From an uncultured virus (IMG/VR IMGVR_UViG_3300043085_000044) (taxonomy: Duplodnaviria; Heunggongvirae; Uroviricota; Caudoviricetes; Crassvirales), in the IMG/VR virus record IMGVR_UViG_3300043085_000044: a DNA stretch of 64,000 bases; one strand, given 5' to 3'. The translations under genes were made by a program, and so were the position numbers. Below, piece by piece: positions 29,044 to 38,595 of the stretch; position 1 is the first letter of the stretch; every line of letters starts with the position of its first letter. The notes under the pieces are model-generated. The model worked only from the letters and a program-made list of their open reading frames with translations, did not search any database and was not told the origin of the DNA.

Positions 29044-29448
29044 ATGAATAACTATAGGATTAGTAATAGGCAGTATAAAGTTTTCTTGATACTTCTAAAG
29101 TATGCTCCTTGCTTATTAGCTGTGCTTACGTTCTTTAAGGTTATTCTTAGATTCATAGGAGTTGAGAGTTCTGCTATCTACGGAATAATAGACCCCTCAC
29201 TCTTTACAGTCCTGGGAATAATGTACCTTTCACTATTATTCAAATACTGTTGGGTTCATAGAGTAGGACTATACTACATTATACTGATTGACATTTATAA
29301 TTTATTCGGAAACTTTTTCAGGAATGTGATGGAATTAAATGTGCATCCATATTTCATAGGATTACTTCTTTCTACTTTTACCCTGCTCATTTATTTATTA
29401 TTTGGATATGATAAAAGTAATAAGAAATTTATTAGGCAAAATAGTTGA
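29044..29448 (+). CDS. Multi-pass membrane protein, possible holin
   Basis: About four hydrophobic segments in 134 aa; near the endolysin. Confidence 0.5.
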   Translation: MNNYRISNRQYKVFLILLKYAPCLLAVLTFFKVILRFIGVESSAIYGIIDPSLFTVLGIMYLSLLFKYCWVHRVGLYYIILIDIYNLFGNFFRNVMELNVHPYFIGLLLSTFTLLIYLLFGYDKSNKKFIRQNS

Positions 29449-29704
29449 TGATATAGATGCTGGAAATTCCAACATAACAGAGTTTGAAGCAGAGGAGGTT
29501 ATAGAGTTGCTTAGGAAATACTCAAACAATCAGGAGGGTATGAGCAAATATCAGGCTTACACCTACCTGAATATGAGTAGAGCTTCCTTTGATAATCAGG
29601 TTAGAGAGGGTAAGCTCCCAAAGGGAACTCATGTACAAGGCTTCAAAGAACTCAGATGGTACAAAAAGGATTTGGATAAATATAGAAAATCTTATAAATC
29701 CTAA
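29408..29704 (+). CDS. AlpA/excisionase-like helix-turn-helix protein
   Basis: MSKYQAYTYLNMSRASFDNQVREGKLPKG...LRWYKKDL. Confidence 0.65.
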   Translation: MIKVIRNLLGKIVDDIDAGNSNITEFEAEEVIELLRKYSNNQEGMSKYQAYTYLNMSRASFDNQVREGKLPKGTHVQGFKELRWYKKDLDKYRKSYKS

Positions 29705-29707
29705 CCC

Positions 29708-30118
29708 ATGAGAGACATCAAGGAAATAATAGTACATTGCTCAGCTACTCCAGAAGGCAGAAATGTCGATGTAGCTGAAATAACAAAATGGCATTTAGCA
29801 AGAGGATTCAAAACCATCGGCTATCATTATGTTATTTATTTAGATGGAAGTGTTCACAAAGGCAGAGATGAAGATGAGGTTGGCGCACATTGCCTGAATC
29901 ATAATTCTATTTCTATAGGAATTTGCTATATAGGTGGACTGGCTAAAGATGCTAAAACTTCCAAAGACACAAGAACAGAGGCTCAGAAGACAGCGTTAAC
30001 TGAATTGTTGAAAGAGCTAAAGAGCAGGTATCCTAAGGCAAAGATTTATGGACATAGAGATTTTGCCCAAAAAGATTGCCCCTGTTTTGATGCTACCAAA
30101 GAGTACGCATCCTTATAG
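29708..30118 (+). CDS. Endolysin, N-acetylmuramoyl-L-alanine amidase (T7 lysozyme-like)
   Basis: IIVHCSAT, IGYHYVI, GAHC, SIGICYIGG, GHRDFAQKDCPCFD. Confidence 0.93.
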   Translation: MRDIKEIIVHCSATPEGRNVDVAEITKWHLARGFKTIGYHYVIYLDGSVHKGRDEDEVGAHCLNHNSISIGICYIGGLAKDAKTSKDTRTEAQKTALTELLKELKSRYPKAKIYGHRDFAQKDCPCFDATKEYASL

Positions 30119-30137
30119 TAAAACATTACTATATACT

Positions 30138-30172
30138 AACCCCTGGTTATCAATATGATAGCTGGGGGTTTT
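30138..30172 (+). terminator. Intrinsic terminator after the endolysin
   Basis: aacccctggttatc / gatagctggggg stem plus T run. Confidence 0.7.
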
Positions 30173-30213
30173 TCGTGTAATTAGCAATGATAGGTTTTTA
30201 AAAATAAAGTTTA

Positions 30214-30235
30214 TAACTTTGCACAGTAAGCTTAC
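30214..30235 (+). promoter_or_regulatory. TAnnTTTG -7 box followed by palindrome GTAAGCTTAC
   Basis: TAACTTTG at 30214-30221; perfect 10-bp palindrome at 30226-30235; no clear -33 box. Confidence 0.55.
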
Positions 30236-30278
30236 AAATCTGAGACCTATAATCTAATTCACTTCTAATTTATTTGTT

Positions 30279-30893
30279 ATGGAAATTGAAGATAACAAAA
30301 AGTATGCCAGCAACTCAAAAGGAAACGCCGCTCTTACCACAGGTATTATCGGCACTGCGTTGGGTGGCCTATTGGCTCTTGGTGGTGGCAGTGGCCTATT
30401 TGGCGGTGGTGGTATAGCTGCTGTAGCTGAAAAGGAAAATGCTGACTATGTAGATATCACCAAGCAGTATTATCAGGGACAAATTTCTAACATTCGTGAG
30501 ATTCAGTCAATGTATGAGCAGTTGAACAACAAGATTGTTGATTCTTCTTTCGCTCTTTACAAGAATCAGAGGGATGAGAAAGATGCTCTCCTCGCTCGTA
30601 TTTCTGCCCTTGAAACCAAGCAAGCTGTTGATGCAGCTATTGAACCTTGGAGAGCAAAGGTGCTTGAAATGCAAATTGGCGGTGTAGCTGCACAGTCACA
30701 AGCTGCACTTGCTATGGAGGCTGAAAGACGTCAGTTTGCAGACAATACTATCGTAGGTTATGTGAACAATACTTTCTATCCAGTTAGTATTGCTTCTGTA
30801 ACTGTTAGTACAACTGCTTCTACTTCTAAGTCAACCTTCAACCCCTTGGCTGGTTTGACTACTCCGATTCTTCCTGCTCCTCCAGTAGTGTAA
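30279..30893 (+). CDS. Hypothetical protein: Gly-rich hydrophobic N-terminal helix + coiled coil
   Basis: GNAALTTGIIGTALGGLLALGGGSGLFGGG, coiled coil, S/T/P-rich tail; has its own promoter and terminator. Confidence 0.75.
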   Translation: MEIEDNKKYASNSKGNAALTTGIIGTALGGLLALGGGSGLFGGGGIAAVAEKENADYVDITKQYYQGQISNIREIQSMYEQLNNKIVDSSFALYKNQRDEKDALLARISALETKQAVDAAIEPWRAKVLEMQIGGVAAQSQAALAMEAERRQFADNTIVGYVNNTFYPVSIASVTVSTTASTSKSTFNPLAGLTTPILPAPPVV

Positions 30894-30912
30894 GAAATTG
30901 AGTAGATGATTG

Positions 30913-30944
30913 GGTAGGGGTGCCATTGCACCTCTACCTTTTTT
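30913..30944 (+). terminator. Intrinsic terminator or attenuator
   Basis: ggtaggggtgc-catt-gcacctctacc plus T run. Confidence 0.75.
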
Positions 30945-30974
30945 ATTTTGATTAAATTTAAAACTTAAAATATT

Positions 30975-31391
30975 ATGGCAATAGTTTATACTCCTGTGAT
31001 AGCAAACCAAACTTCTACCACAGGCTCAACCGCAGGCATTAAGCCAACCTACAATATTGAGGATGGCAGAAATGTTACAGGTAATAATATAACTGCTCCC
31101 AGTGCTTTCAATACTGATGCAGTATTAGCTACTGCTGTTGATGGTTTCTCTAAGGGCAAGGCTTCTGGTATGCTCGAAGATAACTTAGGGCAATATGTTA
31201 TCACAGATGTATCACAATTGATTACCAACTGGTATGAGGCTTTCAACAATTACTACTCCAAAGTTCAGGATGCTATAACCAATAACGATACAAACTTCCT
31301 TGAGAATTATGTATTCTATGTTACTGATGTAGCTACTGACACTACTTCAACTCCAGCAACTACCACTACAAGTGGCTCAAGCACACCTTAA
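30975..31391 (+). CDS. Hypothetical Thr/Ser-rich protein
   Basis: 138-aa ORF with AT-rich leader. Confidence 0.7.
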   Translation: MAIVYTPVIANQTSTTGSTAGIKPTYNIEDGRNVTGNNITAPSAFNTDAVLATAVDGFSKGKASGMLEDNLGQYVITDVSQLITNWYEAFNNYYSKVQDAITNNDTNFLENYVFYVTDVATDTTSTPATTTTSGSSTP

Positions 31392-31402
31392 AACTTTAGA
31401 TT

Positions 31403-33628
31403 ATGGCAAATACATTTAGTACTGTAATAAATAACATTGATACTATTCTTGAGGGATATCATTTTACAGAGATGTATCCTGAAAGATATAGTTCTACACC
31501 TACGAAGTCATTTGCTACTAAAGCTGATGCAACCACTTATGCTCAAAGTCTGGTAAGTAAGTTCACTGACTATAAGACCAAGCTCCAAACTCAGGCTGAT
31601 GTAATTAACAAGAAGCTGCAAACCCTGCTTGATAAAAAGAACTCAGCAAATACAGACACCACTAAAAAGTGGAATATGGTTAAGCTCTATGCAGGAGTTT
31701 GTACTGGTTCTTATTCTGACTTCATATACAACTCTGCTGGCGTTGTAAGGCATCTTGCAAATACTAATAGGGTTAACGATATAGTTTACTGGGGCACAGA
31801 TAAGAATGTTGATAATGGGCTTTGGAAGGGCATTGTATGGTGGATATCTCCCTCATGGGGAACTCCTTGGACTCAGTATACTCAGTTGTTGATTTCTGAC
31901 TCTGAGAAAACCACAGCCCAAAATGCTATAGCCTCAGGAGTTGAGCCAGGCACTACTACAACAACAGTAACTACTACAACCTCCTCAAGTCAAGGTACTA
32001 CTCAGAGTTCTACAACAACTACAACAACTGACTGGTATCTCACTCCTTGGGACACCAATAATTATACATGGAGTTCTAAGGGAGTTCTTGATAGAGGTTG
32101 GCAGTGGTATACAGATAGCAGCAAAGGCCCCAATTATGCAATGCTTCAGCAGGCTAACTACAATGATACCATGATGAACTCAATGGCACCATTGACTACC
32201 TTGATGAATAAGTGGGTGGCATATTATAAGAACATCTGCCAGATAGCAACCCTAAGAGGAGCTAATGCAATAATAAAGCAATTTAAGGAAGTCATCATAC
32301 CATCTGTTCCCAAGAAATACTATGACACAACATCTTGGGATAGAGAATATGACTTAGACCTTGAGACTCAGTATCTTGACCATGCAACCAATAATAGTGA
32401 AACCTATTATTCAGGTCAAGAAACCTGTGCTAAGTTTATGGCTGATTTCAAATATAATCAGATGCCTAAGGCTACACAGGCTACAATAACTGATACTACT
32501 ACTGAGGATGCCTCATGGATTTGCTATTCTTGGTATAATTACAACAATAATACCACAATGTATTCTACTCCTGCATTGCTCGCTCAACAGAAATCAGCAA
32601 GTAGTAATACTGCAACCCCAGCAGATGACAGCTATCTAAAGAGTGCCAACATTGATACTCTTGCTGAGCTTCTTGAAAGGTATGATGGTTTAAGTGCATA
32701 TACAGCAGTAACCCCTGACGGTCTTATTACATTTGAGCAGTATTTCTATGACAACCTCAATGCAGCTAAGGCAGGATGGAAAGCAAAAACAGGTATGACG
32801 CTTTCTCCTTATTGCTTGGGAACAAAGAAGAAGGATGGTACAGACAATACCACTGGTGTAGCTTCTAAGCCTGATGGTTCAGGGTTGAATGCTACTTCTG
32901 GCACACTTAACATGAGTTCAGACTCTTTAGCTAAATCCACTACAAGAAGGAATACAAGGTGGACTGGCCAAACTTCACAACCTTCAAGTGTTGTTACAAG
33001 TGGCTCTAATGCAGAAAGTGCAATCTATGCAGCCAACTTACAGTCAGCTCAATATACTTATGTAAATATACCTGACCCAGATTATGCACCAACAGCAGCA
33101 TCTAATGGTAGTCCATGTACAGTTACCTATGGAAAGAATGCTACAACAAATCAGGCTACATACTTTGCTACTGGTTCAACAAATGCTGTCTATGGATTCT
33201 CGTCAATTGTAATTTTCAAGAGGTGGCATCAGACTGAGTGGTATCTTGTAGGGCCTAATACAGCTCCCTCAAATGCAGGAACTCAGAGCTACCAGTATGC
33301 AAGAATGTTCAGGCAGAATAAGGCTGACTTCTCAAGCTATTACAGATTGATTTCTCGCTTGTATAATGATGCTCAGACCATTCTTACTTGGGCTTTATCT
33401 AAGTATGACACTGATGGAAGTGTGGCTAAATTCATCAAGGAAAATAATTGCGATATCATTGATGAACCTTGGGGTATGACCTATGTATTCAATGACTACT
33501 ACAATTGGTCAGATGATACTTGGACTGATAATTTCTTGCAGTATAGCTGTAGGTTCAATAAGGACTTATGTATATTCAAGTCTGATATTCTTAGTGGTTC
33601 TATTAAGGTTGGCGCAGATGAGTATTAA
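31403..33628 (+). CDS. Hypothetical Thr/Ser/Tyr/Trp-rich protein, paralog of 33646-34968
   Basis: 741 aa; shares SVPKKYYD, KYNxxP and FNxDLxxxKSDxxSGxIK with the next gene. Confidence 0.75.
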   Translation: MANTFSTVINNIDTILEGYHFTEMYPERYSSTPTKSFATKADATTYAQSLVSKFTDYKTKLQTQADVINKKLQTLLDKKNSANTDTTKKWNMVKLYAGVCTGSYSDFIYNSAGVVRHLANTNRVNDIVYWGTDKNVDNGLWKGIVWWISPSWGTPWTQYTQLLISDSEKTTAQNAIASGVEPGTTTTTVTTTTSSSQGTTQSSTTTTTTDWYLTPWDTNNYTWSSKGVLDRGWQWYTDSSKGPNYAMLQQANYNDTMMNSMAPLTTLMNKWVAYYKNICQIATLRGANAIIKQFKEVIIPSVPKKYYDTTSWDREYDLDLETQYLDHATNNSETYYSGQETCAKFMADFKYNQMPKATQATITDTTTEDASWICYSWYNYNNNTTMYSTPALLAQQKSASSNTATPADDSYLKSANIDTLAELLERYDGLSAYTAVTPDGLITFEQYFYDNLNAAKAGWKAKTGMTLSPYCLGTKKKDGTDNTTGVASKPDGSGLNATSGTLNMSSDSLAKSTTRRNTRWTGQTSQPSSVVTSGSNAESAIYAANLQSAQYTYVNIPDPDYAPTAASNGSPCTVTYGKNATTNQATYFATGSTNAVYGFSSIVIFKRWHQTEWYLVGPNTAPSNAGTQSYQYARMFRQNKADFSSYYRLISRLYNDAQTILTWALSKYDTDGSVAKFIKENNCDIIDEPWGMTYVFNDYYNWSDDTWTDNFLQYSCRFNKDLCIFKSDILSGSIKVGADEY

Positions 33629-33645
33629 TTTTAAAATGAAATATT

Positions 33646-34968
33646 ATGGCTAATACATACGCAGCAGAAGTTAATACAATATACAGGAATCTTGAAAACT
33701 CAGTAGTGGCTAATGATGGCTCACACTTTTATTCAAGGCAGACTTCATTAGAACCCTCATGGTGTGAGACTAAGCTCATTAAATTCAACAACAGGCAGGA
33801 TTTAGTTAACTTTATCACTGAGCAGAATTGGAGATACTTTACTTATTTCCAGCAGCTTGATAATGCCTACAATAAGGTTTTCAATCAGGCTATGGCTCTC
33901 AGGGAAAAACATAATGCCGCTGTTAGTGCTTTCAAGACCGCAAAGGCTGATACTACTTATTCTACGCAGACAACTATTGATGGTAATACAGTTGATAGCG
34001 CTGGTACAGATACAACTAAGACAGCTACAGATCTCCAGACTGCATATCTTGAGAAATTAATCAAGGCAGTCAGTGGTACATTTGGAACTTGGAAGTTTGC
34101 CTACAATGAGGCTAATCCTCTTTGGTGTTATGCTCCTCATGGACACTATGGTTGGTTTGATGATTGTAAGACCTACTACAACTGTTTAGCTTCTTCCTGG
34201 CTTAAATATGATGGCTTATATGATGGCTCAGTTTGTGGTATGAGATTTAGGATGAAGTTGCCTGACTATGTATTCCCTTCTTTATGGAATGATGGAACAT
34301 TCACTTCTCAAGCTGGCTCTATGACAGATTATGAGAATCTATGGAAGGCTTATTACAATACTTTGATTAATGCAGCAGCCAATGTTCGCTCAGGAGCTTC
34401 TGTAACCAGTAAGTACCTCATAGACCAATGCAAGGCTATGTCAGTACCTAAAAAGTATTATGATATAAGAGATGGCTCAGGAGGTGCTAATGCTACTGTA
34501 GCAATTGTAACCAACAACCTGACTTCAGGAGATACTTATAGCTACTGGGTACCAGAATCATCTGCTGGAGCAGGATTCGTTAAAGCTCTCAAGAATATGG
34601 CTAAGGATATGATTGATTGGAAATACAACAGAGTTCCAACAATGATAGCTCCTTATGTAACTCAGGCTAATGCAGCTCTTGAATACCTCAAGAAAAAGGA
34701 TAGCACAGGAGAATTTGAGGCATGGGTTAACTCAAGTGGATTTAAGATACATCAGAATCCTTATGGTGCTACACTGGTTTATAATGATTATACTGGTGGG
34801 CAACATCTTGAGAATAGCAAGTGGAATGACAAAACTAATAAGTATTATGCAGCTTATAGTCCTTGTCCTACTAACTTGACTTACTGGAATCCTTTTAACA
34901 GGGATTTGTATTGCGCAAAATCAGACCTTGATTCAGGAAGAATCAAAATAAATAAAGGTGATTACTAA
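33646..34968 (+). CDS. Hypothetical protein, paralog of 31403-33628
   Basis: 440 aa; same shared motifs. Confidence 0.75.
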   Translation: MANTYAAEVNTIYRNLENSVVANDGSHFYSRQTSLEPSWCETKLIKFNNRQDLVNFITEQNWRYFTYFQQLDNAYNKVFNQAMALREKHNAAVSAFKTAKADTTYSTQTTIDGNTVDSAGTDTTKTATDLQTAYLEKLIKAVSGTFGTWKFAYNEANPLWCYAPHGHYGWFDDCKTYYNCLASSWLKYDGLYDGSVCGMRFRMKLPDYVFPSLWNDGTFTSQAGSMTDYENLWKAYYNTLINAAANVRSGASVTSKYLIDQCKAMSVPKKYYDIRDGSGGANATVAIVTNNLTSGDTYSYWVPESSAGAGFVKALKNMAKDMIDWKYNRVPTMIAPYVTQANAALEYLKKKDSTGEFEAWVNSSGFKIHQNPYGATLVYNDYTGGQHLENSKWNDKTNKYYAAYSPCPTNLTYWNPFNRDLYCAKSDLDSGRIKINKGDY

Positions 34969-34985
34969 TACTTAAACTTTAGACT

Positions 34986-35465
34986 ATGTACAACAATATA
35001 TACCTGGGTGGCAGCCCTGATACTGCTGGTCTTTCAGTGGAATCTTTGGACTCACAAATTAGGCAGTTAAATGCTTATAGGGCAAGACTTCAGGAACTAC
35101 AACAATCCTCTATACAAGCTCCTGAGGCTCAGAAGAAGTCATTGTGGACTTCATTAGACCAAGAGCTTGAAACCATGACAAGCGAACAGATGGCAAGGTT
35201 AAATTCCAATAGTGAATACCAAACTTCGTATAGTAATATACAGACCTTAGTCCAACAAGAGCTTATGAACTTAGTCAAGAATAAAATTGAGACTTCGGAG
35301 AATGGCAAGAAATTATTGGAGTCTCATTTAGCCTTAACTAAAGAACTCAAGACTCAGATAATGACAGATGCAAGAAAGGAGATGGAGTTGTTCCTGAAGT
35401 TTAAAGATTATGCTAAGAACAATCCTAATTCAACTTATGAAGATTTTTTAAAGAATAACGTATGA
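34986..35465 (+). CDS. Hypothetical helical protein
   Basis: 159-aa Gln/Leu-rich ORF. Confidence 0.7.
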   Translation: MYNNIYLGGSPDTAGLSVESLDSQIRQLNAYRARLQELQQSSIQAPEAQKKSLWTSLDQELETMTSEQMARLNSNSEYQTSYSNIQTLVQQELMNLVKNKIETSENGKKLLESHLALTKELKTQIMTDARKEMELFLKFKDYAKNNPNSTYEDFLKNNV

Positions 35466-35839
35466 TTACAACAGATGAAATTTCAATAAGAATGGAAAAG
35501 GGTGCAGGTTATCTTGTTGATACTCTGGCTAAAGATTTTCCAATTGTAAACCTTGCTAAACCTATGATTAGCAGAGTGGTGAAAAACAGCATGGGCAAAG
35601 TAACCAAGTATTGTGAATTACTTGCCGATGAAAAAGGAATGGTGGACTTTAATAGCCTGGTGGATGAAATTTTTGCCAATGCCATAAACTCTAAGCCTTT
35701 CACAATTCCAGCAGGAAGTTTGGGGGATATTGAGTTTGGCAGTGGCAGTATTAAAGTCCCTATTCCATTCACCCAAAAGGTCGCAAGTTTTGGAACTGAG
35801 GAAATTAATGCAGTTAAACGAATACTTAAAAATCTATAA
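35462..35839 (+). CDS. Hypothetical protein
   Basis: 125 aa; ATGA overlap. Confidence 0.7.
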   Translation: MITTDEISIRMEKGAGYLVDTLAKDFPIVNLAKPMISRVVKNSMGKVTKYCELLADEKGMVDFNSLVDEIFANAINSKPFTIPAGSLGDIEFGSGSIKVPIPFTQKVASFGTEEINAVKRILKNL

Positions 35840-35841
35840 GT

Positions 35842-36285
35842 ATGTGTGATTTAATAACAGCACTAAAAGACCACAACCTCTATGACCCAGTAAAGGAGCT
35901 TGTGGAAGATATAATGACAAATGGTAAAAGTACAAGAGCAAAACAAAATCAAGGAATAACGGATGAACAAGAAGCCAGAAATATCGTTAGAGGTATGTGG
36001 CATAGAACAAGAGGAACAAGGTACACTGGGGAAATCTACAGTATGGATTGCGCAAAAGAAGTATATATAAAATATGGATTGGCTACTAATACAGCAACCA
36101 TTCCTGAAGTTTATATAGCAATCAATGCACAGTGCCATGATTATTGCAATATGTTCTTCGATTGGTTTAAAGCTAATTCATATGAAGATATTAAAAAGTA
36201 TGTAATCGAATCTGCTGTTTCCTTCTGGTTCAGGGATGAAGATTACTTGCATAGTTCAAAAGTGTATAGGTATTTTAAAGGGTGA
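35842..36285 (+). CDS. Hypothetical protein
   Basis: 147 aa; YIAINAQCHDY...WFRDED...KVYRYF; last gene before the terminator. Confidence 0.7.
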   Translation: MCDLITALKDHNLYDPVKELVEDIMTNGKSTRAKQNQGITDEQEARNIVRGMWHRTRGTRYTGEIYSMDCAKEVYIKYGLATNTATIPEVYIAINAQCHDYCNMFFDWFKANSYEDIKKYVIESAVSFWFRDEDYLHSSKVYRYFKG

Positions 36286-36291
36286 TTGGTT

Positions 36292-36323
36292 GGGGGAGCA
36301 AGGGATTGTTCCCCCTTTCTTTT
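36292..36323 (+). terminator. Intrinsic terminator
   Basis: gggggagca / tgttccccc stem plus tttctttt. Confidence 0.75.
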
Positions 36324-36366
36324 ACAAGTGGTTTACTTTATTGTATATAAATACAGGATTTATGCA

Positions 36367-36398
36367 GTTGTCTAAGTGAACCTTTTAAGTTATCTTTG
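36367..36398 (+). promoter_or_regulatory. Bacteroidota-type promoter of the capsid operon
   Basis: GTTG at 36367-36370, 20-nt spacer, TATCTTTG at 36391-36398. Confidence 0.75.
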
Positions 36399-36425
36399 CA
36401 CTTGCAAATATTAAAAACTGAGTAT

Positions 36426-37547
36426 ATGGATGAACTAACAGTAGACAACATTCTTACAGACATGGATATTGAAAACCTGTTTGTAGATAAACAGGCTGAA
36501 CCACCTGAGGAGAAACAGGATGAGCCTAATGAAAAACAAGAACCCAAGGAAGAAGAAGTAAATGTTGACACCTTGTTTGATGGTGGCAACACTGTTGAAG
36601 AACCTAAGAACGATAAAGAAATTAAAACCCCCGATTCTACAAGTTCAAACAACAACAGCATTTTCTCTTCCATTACTCAGGCTCTTGTAGATGAGGGGGT
36701 TTTCTCTGAACTCAATGAGGAAGTAATTAAAGGGACTAATTCGGCAGAGGCTTTTAAGAAGCTGATTGAAGATAAGATTCAAGAAGGGCTTGATGAAACA
36801 CAGAAAAGAATTAATAAAGCTTTGGGTGTTGGTGTAGAGCCTGATGATATTACTAACTACGAGAATACACTATACCAGCTTAACAATATCACCGAGGAGC
36901 TTATCTCAAAAGAAGATGAGCAGGGTGAGAACCTCAGAAAGCAATTAATCTATCAGGACTACATTAACCGAGGATTCTCTCAGGAGAAAGCCCAGAAAGA
37001 GGTTAAGAAATCTCTTAATGCAGGAACTGATATAGAAGATGCTAAAGAGGCTTTGGAAAGCAATAAAGACTTCTTTAAGACTCAGTATGACAAATTGATT
37101 GAGGATGCTGAGAAGCAGAAGAATGAGAAGCAAAAAGAGATTGACGACTCTGTTGCCAAGCTTAAAAAATCAATCCTTGAAGATAAGGAATTATTTGGTG
37201 ATTATGAAATTGACAAAAACACTCGTCAAAGGATAGTGGACAATATTTCCAAACCCACTTACAGAGACCCTAAGACAGGGAGAAGCTATACAGCTCTACA
37301 GAGGTATGAGCTTGAGAACAAGGTTGACTTTGTGAAAAACCTTGGAATTATTTTTACGCTGACTGATGGTTTCAAAAACCTTGATGGATTTACTAAGGGT
37401 AAAGTAAGAAAGGAAGTTAAGAAGGGTTTGGCTGAATTGGAAAACACTCTTAATAATACTAACAGAAATTCAGATGGCACTTTGAACTTTGCTAATGGAG
37501 GAGACCCTAACTCTTTCCTGAGTAAAGGGTGGAAGTTTGATTTCTAA
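36426..37547 (+). CDS. Probable capsid scaffolding protein
   Basis: Acidic, coiled-coil protein immediately upstream of the major capsid gene; ATG at 36426. Confidence 0.6.
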   Translation: MDELTVDNILTDMDIENLFVDKQAEPPEEKQDEPNEKQEPKEEEVNVDTLFDGGNTVEEPKNDKEIKTPDSTSSNNNSIFSSITQALVDEGVFSELNEEVIKGTNSAEAFKKLIEDKIQEGLDETQKRINKALGVGVEPDDITNYENTLYQLNNITEELISKEDEQGENLRKQLIYQDYINRGFSQEKAQKEVKKSLNAGTDIEDAKEALESNKDFFKTQYDKLIEDAEKQKNEKQKEIDDSVAKLKKSILEDKELFGDYEIDKNTRQRIVDNISKPTYRDPKTGRSYTALQRYELENKVDFVKNLGIIFTLTDGFKNLDGFTKGKVRKEVKKGLAELENTLNNTNRNSDGTLNFANGGDPNSFLSKGWKFDF

Positions 37548-37578
37548 AACTTATTTTAACCTTATAAATTAATTATTT

Positions 37579-38595
37579 ATGGCAGGACAGCTAAGAAAGT
37601 ACCAAATGCTTGGCTTTCAGCACTGGAAGGGTCTAACTAAGGCTAACCACCTTGGTTCTATCTTTAGGCAAGCTCCCCAGAAGGCAACCAATGTCATGGT
37701 TAATCTTCTGGCTTGGAATAAAGGTAAGACTTTGGATACCTTCCTTTCGCAGTTTGCTACTAAGCAGTTTGATGATGATTCAGAAATCTACTGGGAAGTT
37801 ACAGGTTCAAATAGACGCAATATTCCCTTGGTAGAAGCAAGAGATGAAGAAGGTAATGTAGTTACAGAAACAGCAGGTATGATTGGCGCAGGAACAGCTC
37901 CTTTCTATCTTGTATTTGATGAAGATTGGTTTGCTGATGGTGAAGTAATCGTAGGTAATCTCAATGAGGTTTATCCTATGAGAATCCTTGGCAATGCTCG
38001 CATGGAGGGAACCCATGCTTGTTACAAGGTGGAACTTATGGGTGGTAATACTGATGGTATTCCCGCTGAACGCCTACAAGCAGGTGAGAAATTCAGCTAT
38101 GAATATGCTCCCATAGAGCGCAGCCTCTCAAGGAAAGTTGGTGATGTAAGATTTAGTTCTCCTATTGCAATGAGGAATGAGTGGTCTTACATTCGTATTC
38201 AGCATAAAGTTCCTGGTGATATGCTCAACAAGAAGTTGGCAGTAGGTCTTCCTATTATGTCAGAAACTACTTCTGGTGTTAAGCAGACTTCTGTAGCTAA
38301 TACTTGGATGCACTACGCAGACTGGGAAGTTGAAAATACATTCTCTGAATACAAGAATAACATCCTTGCTTTTGGTCGTTCAAACAGAAATAAGAATGGC
38401 GAATATATGAACATTGGTAAATCTGGTGAAGAAATCCGCATGGGTGCTGGTCTCTTTGAGCAGATGGAAGTTTCAAATGTTCATTACTATAATAAGTTCT
38501 CAATTAAGCTTATTGAACGCGCTCTCCTTGAGCTTTCAATCTCTAAGCTTTCTATGGGTGACAGATACTTCCTTTTGAAGACTGGTGAGCGAGGT
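37579..38595 (+). CDS. Major capsid protein, exon 1 (339 codons)
   Basis: crAss-like MCP sequence (WKGLTKANHLG, GAGLFEQ); exon ends KTGERG at GGT, matching the internal guide sequence pairing. Confidence 0.85.
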
